A stretch of 63,289 bases of DNA. Origin: Candidatus Stygibacter australis (GTDB lineage: Bacteria > Cloacimonadota > Cloacimonadia > Cloacimonadales > TCS61). The notes under the pieces were generated by a model. That model did no database searches. It was not told the DNA's origin and saw only the letters and a list, made by a program, of their open reading frames with translations. Shown one piece after another: positions 9,590-20,916 of this stretch. Position 1 is the stretch's first letter, and the number at the start of each line of letters is the position of its first letter. The stretch is taken from positions 1 through 63,289 of the forward strand of contig JAVCDJ010000028.1 of NCBI GenBank assembly GCA_030765845.1. The letters run 5' to 3'. Both the position numbers and the translations under genes were made by a program.

Positions 9590-10258
9590 TTATAATTTAA
9601 TGAAATTTTCAAAAATTACTTTGTTATTAAGTGCTGACATAAATGAAGGTACGGTATTCTTATAATATCTGATCCATTCAGGATTATTTCTGATCTTGCG
9701 CTCCCAGGATGCCAATCCATTAAAATAATCATATTCAGGATGAAATTGAAGTCCCCATATCCGGCTATCACGATACTGAAAGCCCTGGATTACACCTTCA
9801 TCATCTTCTGCAATTATTTCAAAAGCTTTACCCAGATTTGTTACTTCATCAAAATGTGCCACCATGCTGTATACACTCTGAATGTCTCTAAAAAGCTCAT
9901 TAGAGCTTGTAATGATGCGCCTGAACCCAAACTGCGGGTTAGGCGATCTGCGCACGCAGGATGGACCTTCCAGATACTTGGCCAATAACTGATGCCCATA
10001 GCAGATGCCTAATATCGCTTTATGATTATCTACAAAATGACTTATTACTTCAAAAAATCTCGACTCCCACTCGCTACCATTTACGGTTGATAAACCCGAA
10101 CCACTGATTAATAGATGACTATAGTCTTGCAGATTGCCTGTTTCAGCACTCAGATTCAAATCCCTTACGGGTAGATCAGGATATATATAATCTCTCACAC
10201 AGCTTTCGAATCGCTGCCGATATTCCTCATTAGTTATAGTATTCAAAATTAAAATCAT
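9590..10258 (-). CDS. class I glutamine amidotransferase (GMP-synthase GATase-like, standalone)
   Basis: LLISGSG, ILGICYGHQ nucleophile elbow, GLQFHPE. Confidence 0.88.
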   Translation of the reverse strand: MILILNTITNEEYRQRFESCVRDYIYPDLPVRDLNLSAETGNLQDYSHLLISGSGLSTVNGSEWESRFFEVISHFVDNHKAILGICYGHQLLAKYLEGPSCVRRSPNPQFGFRRIITSSNELFRDIQSVYSMVAHFDEVTNLGKAFEIIAEDDEGVIQGFQYRDSRIWGLQFHPEYDYFNGLASWERKIRNNPEWIRYYKNTVPSFMSALNNKVIFENFIKL

Positions 10259-10321
10259 CTAAGTCCTCCAGTTTCACCTTTATCATACTACTTTTATTGG
10301 TCAAGCTCTTACTATTCCTCT

Positions 10322-10357
10322 TATAAGTCCTATAAGTCCTATACGATCTATAAATCT
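10322..10357. repeat. 9-bp tandem repeat x4 (TATAAGTCC, degenerating)
   Basis: TATAAGTCC TATAAGTCC TATACGATC TATAAATCT. Confidence 0.7.
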
Positions 10358-10426
10358 ATCTCAAATTAAACAAAATAATCTTATAACAACTCACCAAAAA
10401 CAGAATATGAAACGGCAAACAGGTGT

Positions 10427-10519
10427 AACAACAAAGCACAATCTAACAAAAAAATGTCACTATGTGCTTTGTTGTTCCATCTGATAGCTACTTATTGACA
10501 TTAGACAAGCTTAAGAGAT
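10427..10519. repeat. dispersed hairpin repeat, copy 1
   Basis: Perfect 14-bp IR AACAACAAAGCACA-N22-TGTGCTTTGTTGTT; ungapped homology to 32635-32727. Confidence 0.8.
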
Positions 10520-10871
10520 TCTAATGATATGATATAAACCATATTATAACAAGTTTACATAATATTTAGTTAAAATTAATGGAAAACTTAGTAGAAACAG
10601 TTTGATTCAGAAAGAACGTATTATGATAAGGGACAGTTTAATTGTGAAATTTAACCATTATGAGTAAACGAGCTGGATAAGATAGAAATATATAGATTCA
10701 ACATGAAGATCATCTGGTTGATTAATTGAGATAATTATATCAGAAGTAATGAGTGCCTAAATTAATTCAATCATCTTTCTTAATAGTGCTTAAGACCCTG
10801 TATAAAATAAATATCTTGACCGTACTGAAAAGGCAAAAATAATGAAAAAAAAAAATTAATATGGGGGAAAC

Positions 10872-11777
10872 ATGATCCAAAATTTTGATGAGATGCTGGA
10901 TAGAGTGAAAAGCAGTCCTTTAAAAACGATTGTGATCGCTGCTGCTCATACTGCTTCTGCAATGGATGCTGCAATTATGGCATATGATCTTAAGCTGGCT
11001 AAATGTATCCTGGTAGGAGAACTGAATATCATCAAGAACTATCTCCAGGAAAAAGTACCAGAGACTGCTTCTGAATATGAAGTTATTGACTGTGGGGAAG
11101 ATTTGAATGCCGCAGCGGAAACTTCAGTAAGGCTGGTTCATGAGCAAAGAGCGGATTTGATCATGAAGGGTTTGTGCGATTCAGGAACTTTATTGAAAGC
11201 AATCCTTGATAAAGATAAGGGACTGAGGACAAATAAGATAATGAGTGATGTACTTGCCTATGAAACTCCAGATAAAATCATGCTGATGGGTGATGGCGGA
11301 TTTATTCCTCTGCCGGATATTACTGATAAACTTTCCATAATTGCAAATTGTGTTCAGGTTGCACATGCTCTGGGAAACAAATTACCACGGGTAGCAATTC
11401 TTACCCATAGTGAAATGGTAAGTTTAAAAAATCAGTCAACTGTGGATGCAGCGATACTTAATGTAATGAACAAACGTGGTCAGATCAAAGGTTGTATTGT
11501 TGATGGACCCCTTGCTTTTGATAATGCCATTTCCAGAGAAGCTGCACAGATCAAGGGTATTGATTCTGAAGTTGCTGGAGATGCTGATATTTTAATTGTA
11601 CCCAACATTGAGGCAGGTAATATTTTCGGTAAAAGTATCACCTATTATTGCAAGTACAGGGTGGCTCATGTAGTATTAGGAGCAAAAGTCCCCGTACTGA
11701 TCGCATCAAGAGCGGATAGCGCTGAAATTAAGATGCTGACTATGGCTCTAGGGATCATTACCTGCGGTGTCTGTTAG
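10872..11777 (+). CDS. ptb: phosphate butyryl/acyltransferase (PTA/PTB family)
   Basis: ADLIMKG, MGDGGFIP.PD, VDGPLAFDNAIS.EAA.IKGI.SEVAGDADILIVPNIEAGN, SRADS. Confidence 0.9.
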   Translation: MIQNFDEMLDRVKSSPLKTIVIAAAHTASAMDAAIMAYDLKLAKCILVGELNIIKNYLQEKVPETASEYEVIDCGEDLNAAAETSVRLVHEQRADLIMKGLCDSGTLLKAILDKDKGLRTNKIMSDVLAYETPDKIMLMGDGGFIPLPDITDKLSIIANCVQVAHALGNKLPRVAILTHSEMVSLKNQSTVDAAILNVMNKRGQIKGCIVDGPLAFDNAISREAAQIKGIDSEVAGDADILIVPNIEAGNIFGKSITYYCKYRVAHVVLGAKVPVLIASRADSAEIKMLTMALGIITCGVC

Positions 11778-12225
11778 TATTCTGGCTATTGGTAAAACAA
11801 AGCAGGACTATCTGATACAGGGGATAGATGAATTTCAAAAGAGATTAAGCCGTTATACTGCTGTAAAGCTAATAGAATTGCCTGATATAAAAACAAAAAA
11901 ATCTACTGAAGAAGAATTAAAATTCAAAGAAGCTGAATTATTATTAAGGAATATAAAACCCAATGATATATTAATTGCTTTGGATGAAAGGGGAAAAATG
12001 CTTTCATCCAAAGCATTTTCTGAATTTCTGGAAAAGCAAATGAGACGAGATCTTGTATTTTGTATTGGTGGTGTGCATGGCTTGGACAAATCGATATTAA
12101 CCAGGGCGGATTTTGTCTTAAGTTTTTCAAGATTTACTTTTACGCATCAAATGATCAGACTATTATTATTTGAACAGATTTACAGGGCTTTAAATATTTT
12201 GCAGGGTGGACAATATCACAAATAA
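11767..12225 (+). CDS. rlmH: 23S rRNA (pseudouridine1915-N3)-methyltransferase
   Basis: IALDERGK.LSS..F, FCIGGVHG, LSFS.FTFTHQMIRLLLFEQIYRA..I..G..YHK. Confidence 0.95.
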   Translation: MSVSILAIGKTKQDYLIQGIDEFQKRLSRYTAVKLIELPDIKTKKSTEEELKFKEAELLLRNIKPNDILIALDERGKMLSSKAFSEFLEKQMRRDLVFCIGGVHGLDKSILTRADFVLSFSRFTFTHQMIRLLLFEQIYRALNILQGGQYHK

Positions 12226-12230
12226 CTTGA

Positions 12231-12246
12231 TGTTTCACGTGAAACC
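12231..12246. promoter_or_regulatory. parS site (ParB binding)
   Basis: TGTTTCACGTGAAACC, 15/16 match to TGTTTCACGTGAAACA. Confidence 0.85.
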
Positions 12247-13337
12247 TATTGATTTGTATTGAGTTCAGTCAGCCAACCTAAAGTAGTTTGATAATTGAGA
12301 GTAGCATTCCATAGGAGATATCCGGCGGCTCCAGCTTCTCGACAGGCAGCAACCTGAGCAGCAATATATTCCTTTTTATAAATGACCAGCCAATTATTAG
12401 CCTGAATATATGGTACTACTTCACATCCTGGAGTTAATTTACTCGTAGTTCGTTTAATGCCTTTAAAAATTATGTCATAAGGTTCATTGTGAACATCTTG
12501 TCTATAACCGAAACCGTTATCAAAATGTGAAGAATAGATCATAGGGTGAATGACATCAAGATACTTTGACATTCGGCGTATATCCTGTCCGGTCGCTTCA
12601 ATATCACGCTGATTCTGCCAACTCACAATGGCAAAAATATCGGCAGTGAAATGTACCTTGTTACCCTTATATCGCTTATCCACTTTCCTAAGGAAATCCT
12701 CTATGATATCCATCTTCGATTTTGCTACATAAGTGCTGTCCAGGAATAACTGACGATCATTTTCCCGCTGAAATTCAAAGATTGCTTTAGATACATTTCC
12801 TTGAGTTGGAAATCTAATATAGTCAAATTGAATTTCATCAACACCTGCTTTTATTACAACATCCATAAGCTTAAATAAATCATTTTGTACATCAACCAGA
12901 GATGGATCAAGCCATTGAGGACCTTTGGATGGAATTTCTATCCATCTATTCCCAAGACTATCTTTTGGACAGAATGAAGAATCAACTTTGGCAGCCCGGT
13001 TATTATGAAAAGCTACGATCCTGGCAGTAGCCATCATATCTGCAGCATGGATTTTACTTACTAACTCAGGAAGGTTTACTATTAAATCCCCTGGCTTATT
13101 GAGTAACGTAGGGCAGTCATTTATTTTAACATATAATTTGCCTTTCATGTCTTTTATATCGAAGACAACATTATTGATACCTGATTGCGCGGCAATGGTT
13201 AGAAGGGTGTCAAAATTAGCTCCAGCAACAATATCTGTGCGCAGATACATACCTTGTCTAAATTCAGAATCTGTATTTGAGCCAAATATATTCAGAGTAA
13301 AAAGTAGTAAGAAACAGAGGGATATTAATTTCATCAT
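12246..13337 (-). CDS. exported putative glycoside hydrolase (DUF4015-like TIM barrel)
   Basis: Signal peptide; INNVVFDIKDMKG, WLDP, GVDEIQFDYIRFP, DVIHPMIYSSHF, VPYIQA, GYLLWNA. Confidence 0.8.
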   Translation of the reverse strand: MMKLISLCFLLLFTLNIFGSNTDSEFRQGMYLRTDIVAGANFDTLLTIAAQSGINNVVFDIKDMKGKLYVKINDCPTLLNKPGDLIVNLPELVSKIHAADMMATARIVAFHNNRAAKVDSSFCPKDSLGNRWIEIPSKGPQWLDPSLVDVQNDLFKLMDVVIKAGVDEIQFDYIRFPTQGNVSKAIFEFQRENDRQLFLDSTYVAKSKMDIIEDFLRKVDKRYKGNKVHFTADIFAIVSWQNQRDIEATGQDIRRMSKYLDVIHPMIYSSHFDNGFGYRQDVHNEPYDIIFKGIKRTTSKLTPGCEVVPYIQANNWLVIYKKEYIAAQVAACREAGAAGYLLWNATLNYQTTLGWLTELNTNQ

Positions 13338-13358
13338 TTATCAGTATAGAGAGAGAAA

Positions 13359-13751
13359 TTAACTAATTGTAATTCTGGCAACTGCTTTCTTGAGAGCATT
13401 TTCTGCTCGGCGGAAATCTATATCGCTTTGATTGCTTTTTATTCTTTTCTCAGCTCTTTCTTTGGCAGCTTCTGCCCTTGTTTTATCAACTTCTTCGGCT
13501 CTTTCAATTAATTCACAAAGTATGGTTACTACATTATTCTCCACAGTTACATAACCATCATGAAGAGCATATTTTGTTACTTCTTTATCATTATAAATTT
13601 CCATCACTCCAGGTCTGATCACAGAAATAAAGGGAGTGTGACCATAAAACACGCCAAAATCCCCGTCTTTGCCGGGGATAATGATGTCATCAAATTCTGT
13701 TTCCAGCACTATTTTTTGAGGTTGGATTATTATTAATTTTAACTTTTCCAT
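13359..13751 (-). CDS. atpC: ATP synthase F1 epsilon subunit
   Basis: IPGKDGDFGVFYGHTPFI, ALHDGYVTV, RAEAAKERAE. Confidence 0.95.
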   Translation of the reverse strand: MEKLKLIIIQPQKIVLETEFDDIIIPGKDGDFGVFYGHTPFISVIRPGVMEIYNDKEVTKYALHDGYVTVENNVVTILCELIERAEEVDKTRAEAAKERAEKRIKSNQSDIDFRRAENALKKAVARITIS

Positions 13752-13752
13752 A

Positions 13753-15144
<1,392 letters not shown>

Positions 15145-15158
15145 TTATTTTCCCCTTA

Positions 15159-16016
15159 TCATTGATTTTGGGCTTCTGCACCAGAAGCAATCTCAATAAT
15201 TTCATTTGTTATAGCAGCCTGACGGACCATATTGTATTGCAAAGTAAGTGATTGTATCAGGTCAGTGGCATTATCTGTGGCACTATCCATAGCGGTCATT
15301 CTAGCTCCCTGTTCCGCAGCAGAAGATTCCAGCAGGATACGCCAGATTTCCACATTAATATACTTATTTGTTAATTCCTCGATCACTTCTTCTTCACCAG
15401 GTTCATATATAAAGTCAAGCAGCGATACGCCTTCCAATTCTTCACTATCTGGGATTGGCAGTACCTGTTTGTGGATCACATTCTGCTGCATAATACTTTT
15501 GAATTCATTATAAATCACTTCTACCTGATCGTATTCTTTCTGAAAAAACTGCTGTTTGAGATCACTGGCTATCTCAGTTGAAACACTGAAATTCATCTCA
15601 TTAAAGAGGCCAGTATAAGACTTCAGCATTTTAACATCTCTCTTTTTAAAAATATCAGTGCCCTTTTTACCTATACAGAAAAGGTCTGTTTTAGGATGAT
15701 CTTTTAAATACTGGACAGCTGCTTTGATCACAAATGAATTAAAGGATCCGCAAAGTCCTCGATCAGCAGTGACCACAACTAATGCTGTTTTAGCATCAGG
15801 TTTTGGTTGTTTGAATATCCTTTGATCAGTCTCTTGGGTCTTATATTTAACGGTTGCCAGCATTCGATTAATATTATCAGCATAAGGCCTGGCTTTAATG
15901 ATGCCATTTTGGGCCTTACGTAATTTAGCAGCTGCAACCATCTTCATTGCATTAGTGATTTGACGTGTATTTCTTATACTGTCAATTCTACTTTTTATAT
16001 CACGGATATTACCCAT
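15159..16016 (-). CDS. atpG: ATP synthase F1 gamma subunit
   Basis: ITNAMKMVAAAKL, ADRGLCGSFNS, ARMTAMDSATDNA, RQAAITNEIIEI. Confidence 0.98.
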   Translation of the reverse strand: MGNIRDIKSRIDSIRNTRQITNAMKMVAAAKLRKAQNGIIKARPYADNINRMLATVKYKTQETDQRIFKQPKPDAKTALVVVTADRGLCGSFNSFVIKAAVQYLKDHPKTDLFCIGKKGTDIFKKRDVKMLKSYTGLFNEMNFSVSTEIASDLKQQFFQKEYDQVEVIYNEFKSIMQQNVIHKQVLPIPDSEELEGVSLLDFIYEPGEEEVIEELTNKYINVEIWRILLESSAAEQGARMTAMDSATDNATDLIQSLTLQYNMVRQAAITNEIIEIASGAEAQNQ

Positions 16017-16024
16017 TGCGCAAC

Positions 16025-17524
16025 CTAAAATTTCGCTTTAATATTTTCACAGATTTCTTTCATCTTTTCCGTCATCTCTTCTGTAATAGTACTTTTGATG
16101 AGTTCTTTCAAGAAATCTTTATGCTGCAGGTCAAGAGTAGTGAAGAGGTCCTCTTCCAAATGGTTAATTTTGCTTAAATCAATATCATCCAGATATCCCT
16201 GATTTGCCATAAAGATAATAAATACCTGCTTTGAAACGTCAATTGGTTGATACTGTCCCTGTTTGAGAATTTCCTGAAGTCTTTCACCACGCCTTAACTG
16301 AGCCATTGTTGCCTTATCAAGATCACTGCCAAACTTGGCAAATGCCTGCAATTCTGTGAATTGTGCCAGATCAAGACGTAATTGCTTTACTACTGCTCGC
16401 ATTGCTTTGATTTGAGCACTACCACCCACTCGAGATACAGAAAGTCCTGCATTAATGGCTGGTCTTTGACCTGAATGGAATAATTTACTGCTCAAATATA
16501 TCTGTCCGTCAGTAATTGAGATCACATTAGTAGGAATATAAGCAGAAATATCTTCCGCCTGTGTTTCTATGATCGGCAAGGCAGTTAAGGAACCGCCACC
16601 TAATTCATCATTCAGCTTGGAAGCTCTTTCCAGCAGGCGTGAATGCAGATAAAATACATCACCTGGATATGCTTCTCTTCCTGGAGGTCTGCGCAGCAGC
16701 AGAGATATTTCTCTATATGCCACAGCATGCTTGGAAAGGTCATCATAAATGATCAAGGCGTGCTTGCCCTTATCTCTGAAATATTCACCAATTGTGCAGC
16801 CTGAATATGGCGCGATGTAATTCATAGAGGCCGGATCAGAAGCTGAAGTACTAACCACAATAGTGTATTCCATGGCATTATTTTCCTGCAATTTCTTTAC
16901 TATCTTTGCTACTGATGATTTCTTTTGTCCAATAGCAACATAAATGCAGTAAACATCGCTATCTCTCTGGTTTATAATAGTATCTATAGCAATTGCTGTT
17001 TTACCGGTTTGACGGTCACCAATGATCAATTCACGCTGACCTCTGCCTATAGGGATCATGGAATCAATAGCTTTAATTCCAGTCTGCAGTGCTTCTTTTA
17101 CCGGCTGACGCTGGATAACTCCCAGTGCCTTTCGTTCAATAGGCTGACTGATTTCTGATACGATATCACCCTTGCCATCAATAGGTTCTCCTAAAGCATT
17201 CACGACTCTTCCCAGGAGGGCTTCTCCTACGGGGATCTGCAAAATCTTATTAGTTCTGCGGACAATATCCCCTTCCTTAACTTTACTGGTTTCACCAAAA
17301 AGAATGCAGCCCACATTGGTTTCTTCCAGATTAAGTGCCATGCCCATAACGCCATTAGGGAATTCCAGCATTTCACTGGTCATCACATTATTTAAACCAT
17401 GCACCTGGGCAATACCGTCACCCACCTGGATAACTTTTCCTGTCTCAGCGATGTCAATCTCGAATTTAAAAGAACTTATCTTTTCCTTAATTATCGAGCT
17501 TATTTCATCAGGTTGGATTTTCAT
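16025..17524 (-). CDS. atpA: ATP synthase F1 alpha subunit
   Basis: [31 protein letters not shown]. Confidence 0.99.
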   Translation of the reverse strand: MKIQPDEISSIIKEKISSFKFEIDIAETGKVIQVGDGIAQVHGLNNVMTSEMLEFPNGVMGMALNLEETNVGCILFGETSKVKEGDIVRRTNKILQIPVGEALLGRVVNALGEPIDGKGDIVSEISQPIERKALGVIQRQPVKEALQTGIKAIDSMIPIGRGQRELIIGDRQTGKTAIAIDTIINQRDSDVYCIYVAIGQKKSSVAKIVKKLQENNAMEYTIVVSTSASDPASMNYIAPYSGCTIGEYFRDKGKHALIIYDDLSKHAVAYREISLLLRRPPGREAYPGDVFYLHSRLLERASKLNDELGGGSLTALPIIETQAEDISAYIPTNVISITDGQIYLSSKLFHSGQRPAINAGLSVSRVGGSAQIKAMRAVVKQLRLDLAQFTELQAFAKFGSDLDKATMAQLRRGERLQEILKQGQYQPIDVSKQVFIIFMANQGYLDDIDLSKINHLEEDLFTTLDLQHKDFLKELIKSTITEEMTEKMKEICENIKAKF

Positions 17525-17535
17525 CTTAACCTCAT

Positions 17536-18081
17536 TTATACCTGTTTTGGTTGTTTTTTTGTTACAAAGATTTTTAAATTATTCTTGAGTGATCCATCCA
17601 CGATCATAGTTTCAGATTCTGCATAAAAACCACCCAGCAGCTCTGGATCATACTCGATATCAGCAATTACTTCTTTTTTATAGATCCCCTCTAAATAAGC
17701 TATTATCTTATCAGTAGTGGATTTATCCTGCTTGTGTGCCAGCTTCAAACTTACTACCAGAGCATTCTGCTTTTTATAGACTTCATTCTCTAATTCTTTG
17801 AGAATATTTACTATCTTATGGAATCGGTTGTGATGGATCAGCAGAAAAAACAGCTTTTCCCACATCTCACTAAAATGCAGATTATCAATAACCTCTCGGA
17901 TGAGAAGAGTTTTTTGCTCCTTACTAACAAGGCTGGTTTTTAATATTTCAATTAGTTCCGGTTGCTCAATAAAGAGTGCTTTCAAGTTTTCAGCATCGTT
18001 CAGGCAGATGTGATATTCTTCATGCTCTATAACTTCTGCAACTGATTTAGCATATTTCTTGATAATTAATAAGTCATTCAA
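17536..18081 (-). CDS. atpH: ATP synthase delta subunit
   Basis: KKYAKSV N terminus; DPELLGG...MIVDGSLK; sits between atpF and atpA. Confidence 0.88.
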   Translation of the reverse strand: MNDLLIIKKYAKSVAEVIEHEEYHICLNDAENLKALFIEQPELIEILKTSLVSKEQKTLLIREVIDNLHFSEMWEKLFFLLIHHNRFHKIVNILKELENEVYKKQNALVVSLKLAHKQDKSTTDKIIAYLEGIYKKEVIADIEYDPELLGGFYAESETMIVDGSLKNNLKIFVTKKQPKQV

Positions 18082-18558
18082 CTATTCACCTTCTTTGATG
18101 ATCGCCTCAATCAATTCCTTATCATGCTTATTATCGACTTTTTTATTGAGCAATTTAGCTGTTAGATCAGACACTAAAACAGCAATATCCTGCTCTATCT
18201 GCTGCTGAGCTACTTTCTGCTTATGAGTCAATTGCTCTTCAGTTTCCTGCATTATATGCTTTTTTCTTTCTTTGGCTTCCAATAAGATGTCGTCTGCTTT
18301 CAGCTCAGCTTCCTTCTTTGCTTTATGAGTAAGCTGTCTGATATCTTCAGAAGATTTTTTGAGCTCTTCATCTCTCTGTTGCAGTAATTCATCGGCAGAT
18401 TTATGCTTATCTTTTGCCTGATCTATTTCCTGCTGGACACTTTTCTGTCTTTCTGTCAAATACTGCTTCAAAGGCTTGAAAAGCAGTTTATTAAGAACTA
18501 TCAGCAGAAGAATAAAATTCAGAATTACGATTATCATCGAATAATCAATACTGATCAT
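18082..18558 (-). CDS. atpF: ATP synthase F0 b subunit
   Basis: One N-terminal TM (ILNFILLLIVLNKLLFKPL) followed by a long charged coiled coil. Confidence 0.93.
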   Translation of the reverse strand: MISIDYSMIIVILNFILLLIVLNKLLFKPLKQYLTERQKSVQQEIDQAKDKHKSADELLQQRDEELKKSSEDIRQLTHKAKKEAELKADDILLEAKERKKHIMQETEEQLTHKQKVAQQQIEQDIAVLVSDLTAKLLNKKVDNKHDKELIEAIIKEGE

Positions 18559-18599
18559 GCTAACTTCCTTAGTTACGCTATTTTAATACAATACACAAA

Positions 18600-18836
18600 T
18601 CAGGTTGAGAAGATGAGCAGTAATGCGATTACCAGAGAATAAATTCCCGTAGATTCTGATACAGCCTGACCTACAAGCATTGTTCTGGTTATCAAGCTGG
18701 CGTGTTCGGGGGCTCTGGCAATACCTTCACAGGCTTTTCCTGCCACAAAACCTTCACCGATACCAGGACCCAGTGCTCCTATTCCCATAGCGATACCTGC
18801 ACCTAAAAGAGCAGCGGCTCTTGCTAATTGATCCAT
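18600..18836 (-). CDS. atpE: ATP synthase c subunit, single hairpin, Na+-type (E28/E61-S-T...Y)
   Basis: GPGIGEG and [19 protein letters not shown] motifs. Confidence 0.96.
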   Translation of the reverse strand: MDQLARAAALLGAGIAMGIGALGPGIGEGFVAGKACEGIARAPEHASLITRTMLVGQAVSESTGIYSLVIALLLIFST

Positions 18837-18861
18837 AGTTTCCTCCGTTTATATTTTATTT

Positions 18862-19623
18862 CTATTTCACCGAAAAAATTAATAAAAATGATACTACCAG
18901 CGCATAGATAGCAGTTGATTGTGATACTGCAGCACCCAGGAACATAGTTCTCATAATATGTGATTTTTGACCCGGGAATTTGCCCACCATTCTGCAGCCC
19001 TTTCCTGCCACATTACCGATACCAGCACCAGGTCCAATAGTTCCAATACCAATTGCCAGTCCGGCACCTAAGTATGCTACTGATCTCAAAAGGATATGTC
19101 CCGCACTAAGATTGGGGATACTGTCCTGTAATGGTGTAGAATATAATAATAATAGGCTAACAAGCAGAGCAAATATACTGGAAGTCTGAGCTAAGGCCTG
19201 ACCGATCAGCATATATCCAAGAATGGAATTTGATTGCCGAGGCATTCTACTTATAGCATGACATGCCTGTCCCCCAGCGTATCCTGCTCCGGTAACTGGT
19301 CCCAGAGAACCAATTCCCACGGCAATTCCTGCTGATAATAAGGCAGAAAATCTGAACCAGCCACCTTCAACAACATCAAATCCACCAAACATAAGCAAAA
19401 GGGCTATAACCAGGGAGAAAATTCCACCTGTCTCTGTAACTGCCTGTCCTATGAACATTGCTCTAAATAATTTATCATGTGAATCTGGTTGTCTCATAAT
19501 ACCATAAGAAGCAGCGCTGGCGATATATCCGACACCGATCCCGCAAGTTATAGAGGCTATGCCTACGCTGAGTGCAGCTCCCAGAAAGGCAGCTATTTGA
19601 ATCGTTTCCATTGTAAAAATCAT
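18862..19623 (-). CDS. atpE: triple-hairpin (6-TM) ATP synthase c subunit
   Basis: Three tandem c-subunit repeats: GQAVTETGGIF, GQALAQTSSIF, GAAVSQSTAIY. Confidence 0.92.
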   Translation of the reverse strand: MIFTMETIQIAAFLGAALSVGIASITCGIGVGYIASAASYGIMRQPDSHDKLFRAMFIGQAVTETGGIFSLVIALLLMFGGFDVVEGGWFRFSALLSAGIAVGIGSLGPVTGAGYAGGQACHAISRMPRQSNSILGYMLIGQALAQTSSIFALLVSLLLLYSTPLQDSIPNLSAGHILLRSVAYLGAGLAIGIGTIGPGAGIGNVAGKGCRMVGKFPGQKSHIMRTMFLGAAVSQSTAIYALVVSFLLIFSVK

Positions 19624-19630
19624 ATCTTAG

Positions 19631-20914
19631 TTACTCCGCAATTTCTACACCGATATATGTCAGTGCCAGCATGGTAAAAACAAATGCCTGCACAGTTCCA
19701 ACAAATATTCCAAAGAATAAATTAAGACCCACAGGTAATACTATATAACTCACTAAGGAAGAAACAACAACGATGATTATGGCTCCTCCCAGGATATTAC
19801 CAAATAATCTGAACGAAATTGAAATTACCTTGGAAAATTCACTCACAATGTCTAAGGCAGCCAGGGGGTTTTTTATGGGATTAAGATAGTGTTCAAAATG
19901 ACCCCATAATCCTTTTACTCTGATCGCAGTGAAATGAACTACTAAAATAACTATAATTCCCATTCCCAGAGGGACATTGATATTTCTGGTTGGTTCCATA
20001 AACCCGGGAATAGGTATCAATCCCACCATATTGCAAATCCAGATAAATAAAAATATTGTAACAATATAGGGTGTGAAATTTAATCTATCCTGACCGAGAG
20101 TGTCAGAAACGAAATCCTCAAAGGTTTTATAGATCATTTCCATGATCAATTGTCCCTTAGAGGGTTTACCGGAAAGACTCTTTTTCAGGAAGATTATTAA
20201 TAAAAGGAATATTATATCGACAATCAGTAACATTCTTATAAGATAAAAAGCGCCCAAAGCAGAAGTTTCTCCAAATAATGACCTGCATATCTGATATGCC
20301 TTGTAGCTGCCGTAAATTCTAGGTAAATGCTCTTGTCTGGATAAAATGGTTTCAGGAATAATGCCTTCAATTACAAGTCGATTTAAGCGGGAAATATCCA
20401 GTGGTGTCAAACCAGGAGTTTTTTTCTTTAATTCAGAAAGATAATACTCTGTTTCGGTAGTATGCTCTTTGATATAACCCTTAAATCCTGCTTCGTAAAA
20501 TTTTGGATTGCTGATCACCTTTTTATTTAATTCATTAATCAATTCAGTTTTTATGCTGGCATTCCAGGTTGTATCAGAGTCTCTCAAATGATTTTTTATG
20601 CCAGTATTAAAAACGCTAAAAGCTTTAGACATAACAGGATTGTCACTTGCAAGGTACTCAGTGAATTTCTGGAAATCAGGAATTTCATATAAATGAAGCC
20701 GGGTATTTTTGATCAAAAACTCGTCACGTTGGAAATCCTCAGTAATTTTATCCTGAAGATCATAGTGACTCGCTTTATTTCTGATTACCAGCTTTCCTGA
20801 ATCAATACCGATCTCTAATTCTTTTTTAAATCCAGAACTTATCAGCACTAAAGCAACTTCAATTACTATAAAAATGAGAAAAACCCATCTCAGGTTTCCC
20901 TTCTTTTTAGCCAT
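19631..20914 (-). CDS. atpB: ATP synthase F0 a subunit with a large N-terminal soluble insert
   Basis: PSKGQLIMEMIY, PTRNINVP, SFRLFGNILGG (essential Arg), GTVQAFVFTML; 427 aa. Confidence 0.95.
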   Translation of the reverse strand: MAKKKGNLRWVFLIFIVIEVALVLISSGFKKELEIGIDSGKLVIRNKASHYDLQDKITEDFQRDEFLIKNTRLHLYEIPDFQKFTEYLASDNPVMSKAFSVFNTGIKNHLRDSDTTWNASIKTELINELNKKVISNPKFYEAGFKGYIKEHTTETEYYLSELKKKTPGLTPLDISRLNRLVIEGIIPETILSRQEHLPRIYGSYKAYQICRSLFGETSALGAFYLIRMLLIVDIIFLLLIIFLKKSLSGKPSKGQLIMEMIYKTFEDFVSDTLGQDRLNFTPYIVTIFLFIWICNMVGLIPIPGFMEPTRNINVPLGMGIIVILVVHFTAIRVKGLWGHFEHYLNPIKNPLAALDIVSEFSKVISISFRLFGNILGGAIIIVVVSSLVSYIVLPVGLNLFFGIFVGTVQAFVFTMLALTYIGVEIAE

Positions 20915-20916
20915 TT

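Noticed and set aside
10258-10872. CRISPR array or tRNA in the long intergenic gaps (also 32458-32886, 51205-51898, 62187-62791)
   Set aside because: No regularly spaced 23-47-bp repeats with unique spacers and no cloverleaf/TTCGA pattern.
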